5,110 nt of DNA. It comes from Amoeboradix gromovi X-113 (taxonomy: Eukaryota; Fungi; Sanchytriomycota). Position 1 is the first letter of the stretch. Each line of letters begins with the position of its first letter. The notes beneath the pieces were generated by a model. It was not told the origin of the DNA. It did not search any database and saw only the letters and a program-made list of their open reading frames with translations. Below are positions 1 to 5,110 of this stretch, one piece after another. The stretch spans positions 1 through 5,110 of the forward strand of contig JADGIF010000690.1 in assembly GCA_018985225.1 (NCBI GenBank), given 5' to 3'. The position numbers were made by a program, and so were the translations under genes.

Positions 1-1
1 T

Positions 2-187
2 TTATTTTCCTTTTATACTCGTCAACTCCGCAACTAGCTGAATGTCCACTCGCCTCTTAAATCCATAAAGTAATAAACTTGAAATAGTGTTCAAGTTGTT
101 ACAGAAAGTTAGTCCAGTTTTTATATTTGATGTCCCATATGGATTTAAAAGGAATTTAGGATTCCGCGAGAAATGGTTTGCAGCCAT
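2..187 (-). CDS. Possible small hypothetical protein (61 aa)
   Basis: ATG-initiated ORF, divergent from the 274 gene. Its TAA lies inside an AATAAA (plus 1-6 tttatt), as at other gene ends here. No recognisable domain. Confidence 0.25.
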   Translation of the reverse strand: MAANHFSRNPKFLLNPYGTSNIKTGLTFCNNLNTISSLLLYGFKRRVDIQLVAELTSIKGK

Positions 188-273
188 TAGAAGTAGCTGA
201 ATGTTATGTCAAAACTAATTACGTATTGAGATATTGAAATGTGTTCAAAATGACCTTTTCCTTTATTTAAAAC

Positions 274-621
274 ATGGTGGATTACTCAAATTTTGATGAT
301 ATAAAAAACTTAGTTCTCATGCTGCTTATTGGAATGGCTGTTATTTGTCTAATATGCGTATGCGGAATATGCGGTTACATGAGAACTCACAAACATATTC
401 ATCAAGGACTCGAAAGAAAAGAAAGAAGCACTGATAATTTGGTTGAGACAATAGAAGACCCAATTTCGAATTCAGACTCTCCTTCTGAAAATATAAGAGA
501 TGAAGGTCCAAACTACTACAGGCCTACAAGTAAACCTGTGAAGTCTGCACACCCGAATCTGGAAAACACGACTCAAGAAACCAGTCTCAGGGAAAAATAT
601 CTTTCCCAAAGAACTATGTGA
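274..621 (+). CDS. Hypothetical single-pass membrane protein (115 aa)
   Basis: Hydrophobic, Cys-rich segment LVLMLLIGMAVICLICVCGICGY, then a basic/His juxtamembrane stretch and a S/E/N/P-rich disordered tail. AATAAA at 623-628 directly follows the TGA. Confidence 0.6.
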   Translation: MVDYSNFDDIKNLVLMLLIGMAVICLICVCGICGYMRTHKHIHQGLERKERSTDNLVETIEDPISNSDSPSENIRDEGPNYYRPTSKPVKSAHPNLENTTQETSLREKYLSQRTM

Positions 622-672
622 TAATAAACTTCTTAATTAAAATTAAAGTTAACGGTTTCAAAACAACTTTTC

Positions 673-1479
673 ATGATCTGGAATACTATAATGTTTGTCG
701 GTGAAAAAAGTTCTGGTAAAACGTCCATTTTAAACTTTTTGTTGGACAAGGATGACCCAATACTACCCTCTCAATCTGTAGAATATCAATATATCAAAAA
801 GAAAGATTTCATCAGTCAAAACACAAGTAGCGAGTTGATAGTAGAACTGTATACTTGTGAATACGAAGTTACGGAAATGCTTGTTCAACAATCTAGGACC
901 TATATTATTGTGTTGGTAATTGATTTAAGCAGCAACATCGATTTTACAAATGTCAAGTTACTTAAAGACCAGTTTCCCGAATTAGAGTACTTGGTAATTG
1001 GTACAAAGTTGGATGAGTATTCTAACATGAAGAAAGAAGACCAGAAGCTAATCATGTCTATTTTTCAATTGAGCTGCAAAAGTCTTAAAATTCCTTTTTT
1101 ATTTACAAGCATTAACCATCCTTTGCATCAAAAGTATACAAAAAATTATTTATTTTACAAAAGCGGGCTTGCTAACTCTCCACCAGATACTGACTTCGAG
1201 GATTTCAAACCTGTACTAGAAATTGCTGAATTTACAGCAAAACAAGCTAAGAGTCTCGAACAATTGCAATCTAAGGTGAAAATTGAGAACAATAATGAGC
1301 ATACTGTAATACTTCTTGAACCTGAGGCTGATGTGGACTCATATTGCTTAAGAGCTCAAAACCGATTGTCAATTTTGCTTGAAGAAGATAAGAAGGAATT
1401 CCGAGACAGAATTGAGGATCTGAGCAAGGACAGCCAGTATTCCAAAAAATGGGAGGACATATTTGCATTGATGAACTGA
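673..1479 (+). CDS. DYNC2LI1: Cytoplasmic dynein-2 light intermediate chain (retrograde IFT dynein subunit), divergent
   Basis: P-loop FVGEKSSGKTS followed by LDKDDP..SVEYQY, RTYIIVLVIDLS, LVIGTKLD, FLFTS, EADVD and SKKWEDI. These are collinear with recalled DYNC2LI1 motifs (FIGSKNGGKTT, LDRDEP..ALEYTY, RTFSLVLVLDLS, VIIGSKYD, LMFTS, ENEVD, SKSWKQI). AATAAA at 1484-1489. Confidence 0.8.
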   Translation: MIWNTIMFVGEKSSGKTSILNFLLDKDDPILPSQSVEYQYIKKKDFISQNTSSELIVELYTCEYEVTEMLVQQSRTYIIVLVIDLSSNIDFTNVKLLKDQFPELEYLVIGTKLDEYSNMKKEDQKLIMSIFQLSCKSLKIPFLFTSINHPLHQKYTKNYLFYKSGLANSPPDTDFEDFKPVLEIAEFTAKQAKSLEQLQSKVKIENNNEHTVILLEPEADVDSYCLRAQNRLSILLEEDKKEFRDRIEDLSKDSQYSKKWEDIFALMN

Positions 1480-1491
1480 TGAAAATAAATT

Positions 1492-1638
1492 TTATTTTTG
1501 TAAAAAAGCCTCAATATCCTTCATTTGAAATGGTAGCTCGAATGAAAGATTAATGTTCTCTCGGAAATTTGTTCCAGATGACAAGACTTCGGAGATCCCA
1601 GCAGCTTTTTCTTCAAATAGAAAAATGCATTTGTCCAT
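1492..1638 (-). CDS. Possible 48-aa microprotein (MDKCIFLFEEK...EAFLQK)
   Basis: ATG at 1638 lies downstream of the U1 gene. The TAA overlaps an AATAAA (plus 1491-1496) and converges on DYNC2LI1. The longer 1782 start in the track falls inside U1. No homology recognised. Confidence 0.3.
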   Translation of the reverse strand: MDKCIFLFEEKAAGISEVLSSGTNFRENINLSFELPFQMKDIEAFLQK

Positions 1639-1658
1639 CTTGTTACAAATACATGAAA

Positions 1659-1700
1659 CTGTAGATAAAAGACGAGTGTTATAAGAGCCTGTAGATAAAA
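1659..1700. repeat. 12-bp direct repeat CTGTAGATAAAA (TTTTATCTACAG on minus), 30-nt period
   Basis: Exact copies at 1659-1670 and 1689-1700, just 3' of the U1 snRNA. Confidence 0.75.
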
Positions 1701-1704
1701 AATA

Positions 1705-1852
1705 GGGATGCCCATAGTTGGACGCACAAAAATTTAACGATGGAGACACCCGAAAGCGTTCCCAAAGACATCTGTTAGCCAAAGTGCTATGCTAACGTCA
1801 GTCTCCGGACTATTCTACTGTATGATAAGAACAGCCATCGCAAGGTAAGTAT
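1705..1852 (-). ncRNA. U1: U1 spliceosomal snRNA
   Basis: Minus strand begins ATACTTACCT (1852-1843). Helix H: GCGATG (1841-1836) pairs with CATCGT (1742-1737). SL1: GCTGTTCT/AGAATAGT with loop TATCATACAGT. SL2: GGAGAC..GTTAGC/GCTAAC..GTCTTT with a loop starting ATAGCAC. SL3 (1763-1743) is capped by TTCG. Sm site AAATTTTTG (1735-1727) is followed by a short 3' hairpin. The 3' end is approximate. Confidence 0.92.
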
Positions 1853-1943
1853 GAAGTGTTGTGTGAATTTTCAAGTAATGGAAGAATTGTGTGGGGTCCA
1901 ATCAAAAATGTAGATTTTGAGACAAAATGCCGTATTAGGTGTT

Positions 1944-2333
1944 TTATTCGATTCCTTTAGAAATATACCCTACGACGGGATATTTAGCGTCAAATTTAGC
2001 AATCCAATCTGCCAGTACTACAGCTTCTTTTTCATTTATAATATTACTGCAGTTATCAGGGTCTGTTTCCATTTTTGCCAATGCATAGGTTGCATCCCGC
2101 CCGGCCATTTTACTGTAAGGCCCGCCAGTGCCGTAAAACGATTTTCCTGCTGTCACATCATACACTTTTTCCTTTACTGCAATATAAATTCTTTCATTTT
2201 TGTATTTTCCAAGCTCTGCTATTGTGAAAGCCTTAGGGACTGAAGATTTTAATTCCACGGGCTTCTCTGTAAATCTTAAATATAACTTGATTATAAAATA
2301 AATCAGTGCTAATCCATAAGCGTACCACAGCAT
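1944..2333 (-). CDS. MAPR-family cytochrome b5-like heme/steroid-binding membrane protein (Dap1/PGRMC-like)
   Basis: N-terminal TM helix, then FTIAEL..Y, IYIAVKEKVYDVTAGKSFYGTGGPYSKMAGRDATYALA and the C-terminal W..KF..KYPVVGYI, all diagnostic of the family. The stop overlaps an AATAAA (plus 1943-1948). Confidence 0.93.
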   Translation of the reverse strand: MLWYAYGLALIYFIIKLYLRFTEKPVELKSSVPKAFTIAELGKYKNERIYIAVKEKVYDVTAGKSFYGTGGPYSKMAGRDATYALAKMETDPDNCSNIINEKEAVVLADWIAKFDAKYPVVGYISKGIE

Positions 2334-2378
2334 TCTTTACGGGGTTGAATCATTTTTGTGACTTTTTGACATCTCAAA

Positions 2379-3050
2379 ATGTTTTTTATTTTAGTCGGCG
2401 CAGCCTTGTATGGCAAGCTAATGAACTCATATACCCTTTATGTAAGTCTCTGTCTTCTAAATGTAAGCAAAGTTGTTGATATGCTAATTGTTCATGTTTC
2501 TATATTATTTTGTGTGAGTCTCGACACCAGTCATTACGTTGAAAAAAGCTTTGATTCCGAACATCCTGAGATTGAGCATGAAATCTACCATGTTTATGTA
2601 ACCATTCTTGTTTGCATTTTAAGCGTCTATCAAGCCAAGCCAGTGGAGTTGCAATTCATGAATATGAGTTTTCAGCAACCTAAATTAATTGCTTCATTAA
2701 TTAGTATTGCCCACATCATGGCTGTTGTGTTGGACGAAAGTAGTGTGTTTATCCTGGTGTTGGGATTAATGGGCTATACCAGCTTTAACATTCTGGTTAA
2801 AATATTTGATGTTTTATTAAATCGAATACATAGCTTTCATCCTATTCATGATCAGATACAACATCAAATTCAAGTATTCACAGGTAAGTATCACTGCAAT
2901 GTTCGTATATTCAAAATAATTAGATCTCACATTGACAAGGTTTTAGTAGTTTTAAGTGTAGATCAGTTTATTCCAGAATATCAGCAGTTCTTTAATAAAT
3001 TTATCAAAGTAGGTGACGTACAGTTGGAATTTGACGTTATACAGGAATAA
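2379..3050 (+). CDS. Multi-pass membrane protein, possibly a highly divergent cation diffusion facilitator (ZnT6/Zrg17-like)
   Basis: 223-aa ORF with several hydrophobic segments and a soluble C-terminal domain of about 75 aa. EKSFDSEHPEIEH and KIFDVLLNR loosely resemble CDF ERFLEQPEIH and ..ILLQ. The gene itself is likely real (AATAAA at 3046-3051 and 3058-3063), but the family call is weak. Confidence 0.55.
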   Translation: MFFILVGAALYGKLMNSYTLYVSLCLLNVSKVVDMLIVHVSILFCVSLDTSHYVEKSFDSEHPEIEHEIYHVYVTILVCILSVYQAKPVELQFMNMSFQQPKLIASLISIAHIMAVVLDESSVFILVLGLMGYTSFNILVKIFDVLLNRIHSFHPIHDQIQHQIQVFTGKYHCNVRIFKIIRSHIDKVLVVLSVDQFIPEYQQFFNKFIKVGDVQLEFDVIQE

Positions 3051-3072
3051 ACTAATTAATAAAAGATTTATT
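3046..3072. terminator. Convergent polyadenylation signals
   Basis: AATAAA on plus at 3046-3051 and 3058-3063, and on minus at 3072-3067, around the 30-bp gap between convergent stops. Confidence 0.5.
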
Positions 3073-3080
3073 TGTCAATT

Positions 3081-4414
3081 TTATCTCAAATCTCCATTTA
3101 GCAAATCACTTAATTCATCTTCAAGAGGTTTTGACAAGTCATTGAATAGCATATCAGCAGTTTGTTCAGTTTTAGCGTCTGCAATATGACTCCATTCATC
3201 CTGGGTGCTTGGTTTATCTTTAGACTCTATAGCCGGTGCTGTTGTATCAAATGGCTTTGTTTTAGCTGCAGACAAAGTATGAGATCTAACAGGTTGGGGT
3301 ACTGCTGGCTGGGTGGTTTTGCTAACATCCGTGGCACTTTTGACAGCCTTGACAATTGGAGGGGATTCTTTTTTTGGAACAGAAGCAGCCGAAGTAGTCA
3401 TTTTGTTTCCGTTAGTAACAATTGATGGAGCTGATGTAATGCTTTCCTTTTTGTTGCCCAAAGGGAGTGCCGGAGTAATAGATGGATTGTGAGACTTATT
3501 TGGATAGGAAACAGTTTCAATTGGTTCCATCTTGATTCCTTCTTGTATTTGCACTTTTGTCTTCACGGTATCACTGATATTTTCATGGTTTTGTTGAATG
3601 GTTTTAGTTAGCTGTTCAGTAGGATCTGCTATTTTGTTTTCAGCTGCAGAAGTCTTTTGAGGGACCGATAATTCAACTGACTGCTCCTGCACGTAGTTTG
3701 CCGGCATATCTGAGCTTTCAGTTTGCTGCTGCAGTAAAGGCTCGTTTTCGTCAGAATTCTGAAGTAATTCATCAAAGTTCGGTTCTTCTTCCACTAACCT
3801 ATGAAGTAAGCCGTAGCCTACATCCGCACCTAAACAACCCTGGCCACCCCATTCATAGTTAGGTTGCACATTCACGAGTCTGGTGGAGTCAGACTTGGGA
3901 TCATAAACATATATTTGACATGGTTTTTTCGAGTCGGCACAATCTTTAACGTGTTGGTAGAATCCATATTCTTCATCTAAATGAAAAGAAAAATACCATA
4001 ATGACCATCTGGGCTCCCGAGTATGTACGTGTTCGATTCCAGCTTAGCGAAGTAGGCTGGACTATCTTCTACAACTTCTAATATATGCCAGATAAGCAAG
4101 TGGGCCTTATCGAAGCTAGCCAACCTAATATTGCATCCTAATAAACCATCTTTATCATCTCGCCAAATTCGAGGGATAATGACTTTCCGAACTACGCTTA
4201 AAGACCGAGAGTTATATACGACGATTGTTAGAGGTTGCTGCTGAGATATCAATTGGAGCAACTGAGTGGCATTCTCTTTTGTAATAAACTGATTATTTAT
4301 CTTTATAATAAAATCAAGATATGGTGTAAGCTGGGCGTCTTGTGCAGGGCTAGTTGGTAGCACATTAAGAATTTGAAATCCTTTCAAAGATTCAACGCTT
4401 GGGGTGTTGCCCAT
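3081..4414 (-). CDS. GRH1: GRASP55/65 family Golgi reassembly stacking protein; two exons, 4414-3997 and 3976-3081, 437 aa
   Basis: MGNTPS myristoylation-type start. PDZ1: GFQILNVLPTSPA..LTPYLDFI..VYNS..GLLGCNIR. PDZ2: WHILEVVEDSPA..YILGSPDGHY/DEEYGFY..IYVYDPKSDSTRLVNVQPNYEWGGQGCLGADVGYGLLHRL. A S/P/T-rich tail follows. Splicing out 3977-3996 joins the two track ORFs in frame (418+896=1314 nt). Confidence 0.95.
3977..3996 (-). other. 20-nt phase-1 spliceosomal intron
   Basis: G|GTATTTTTCTTTTCATTTAG|AT. It has GT-AG ends, is pyrimidine-rich and contains the in-frame TAG. Removing it restores GRASP PDZ2. Confidence 0.9.
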
Positions 4415-4448
4415 TTGTAAAATTTGTTTGTTTCTAAAATAAAATTAA

Positions 4449-5110
4449 TGTAAAAGATTGGATATTGAAAGTAAGAGTAAACAAAAACTAGTGAATGAGC
4501 CTGAGATAGTGTCTGGTTCCAGAAGATCATCTAGCAGCTAAGAGAAGCTACAGGAATATAGATGGGACAAAGCGGATTATAAAATTCAGAAGTTCAATGT
4601 TACCACATAGTACCCTTGTGATGCAATCGCGGACCGAGATGTGGATGCGTATAATAAAAACTTCAAGAGGATAAAAATTCGATTGAACAATGTAGATAGC
4701 TCGATTGATTTCTTGAATAAATCATTTATTGCGAATTTGCTTGGATTTTTATATAATTTCAAGACTTTTCCAACAGCTTAAATACTCGATGTTCTTAATT
4801 TTCGCAAGTGGTAAATGGAATCAATGGATGTAATCCTAAATATGTCAAATCTAAAGAAATAACTAGTAGTTACAGCATACATTCATCAACACTGAGGAAC
4901 TGATCCAAAAGTGGAACAATTAGATGTCTTTCGACGCCAGAAAAGAGATATTTGTACAGTTTATTCAAGGAACGCTTGAAGTTCAAGTGTAAGCAAAGAG
5001 GAAAGACGCTAGTTGAATGTAATGAAGCATTTACTAGTCAAACATGTACAAGGTGTGGTACTCTAAAGAAAACCAATTTAGAAGTCTACACTTGTGATAA
5101 CTGTCATTTG
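4449..5110 (+). pseudogene. Degenerate Fanzor (eukaryotic TnpB, Fanzor2/IS607-like) RNA-guided nuclease remnant; continues beyond the window
   Basis: The open frame 4904-5110 reads SKSGTIRCLSTPEKRYLYSLFKERLKFKCKQRGKTLVECNEAFTSQTCTRCGTLKKTNLEVYTCDNCHL, matching the F+xRLxxK, ExxTSxTCxxCG and YxCxxC TnpB/Fanzor C-terminal signature. Upstream has stops in all frames (TGA at 4901). The left boundary is uncertain. Confidence 0.8.

Noticed and set aside
35-204. 11-bp direct repeat TAGCTGAATGT (35-45 and 194-204), and a possible C/D snoRNA at about 128-200
   Set aside because: An 11-mer pair is expected by chance in a window of this size. The C box is non-canonical (TGATGT) and I recognised no rRNA guide.
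1521-1782. Track ORFs 1492-1782 (5' part) and 1521-1727
   Set aside because: They overlap the U1 snRNA and have no recognisable protein features.
2881-2891. CAGGTAAGTAT: a perfect 5' splice site on plus, or a second U1 5' end (ATACTTACCTG) on minus with GATCATGAA nearby
   Set aside because: It lies inside an uninterrupted ORF. Splicing to the AG at 2923 would frameshift to an early stop. On minus there is no helix H, SL2 loop or properly placed Sm site.
1271-3425. Track ORFs 1271-1468, 1917-2243 and 3162-3425
   Set aside because: Antisense shadows of DYNC2LI1, MAPR and GRASP, with no domain signal.
4471-4491. 21-nt GTAAGAG...AACTAG candidate tiny intron that would create an ATG at the junction
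   Set aside because: The resulting frame stops at TAA 4539, and I could not find a consistent set of introns that rebuilds a full ORF. Unsupported without RNA data.
4617-4649. CDAIADRDVDA resembling the RuvC-III CxxxxDRDxN motif
   Set aside because: It is upstream of the zinc finger (wrong order), lacks the Asn and AxNI, and follows a stop. It may be chance or a rearranged fragment.
4443-4895. TAA/TAG-to-Gln recoding to open frame 3 upstream of the Fanzor fragment
   Set aside because: The Gln-rich GRASP and DYNC2LI1 exons contain no in-frame TAA/TAG, and MAPR ends at TAA where the family normally ends, so the code is standard.
1-5110. CRISPR array, tRNA, rRNA or terminal inverted repeats
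   Set aside because: None seen by eye on either strand. The right end of the Fanzor element is outside the window, so its ends cannot be paired.

Overview
Gene-dense, AT-rich eukaryotic DNA read in the standard code, with many intergenic gaps of only about 10-90 bp. It carries a divergent dynein-2 light intermediate chain (a cilium/IFT gene), a MAPR cytochrome b5-like heme/steroid-binding protein, a possible CDF-type membrane protein, a single-pass hypothetical protein and a GRASP55/65 gene split by a 20-nt GT-AG intron. The ORF track misses two things. One is a structurally complete but divergent U1 snRNA gene (minus strand, about 1705-1852). The other is a decayed Fanzor2/IS607-TnpB-like RNA-guided nuclease locus at the right edge (about 4449-5110, running off the window). 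The host is probably a genome-reduced, flagellate-derived eukaryote such as a zoosporic fungus or relative; this is inference only.
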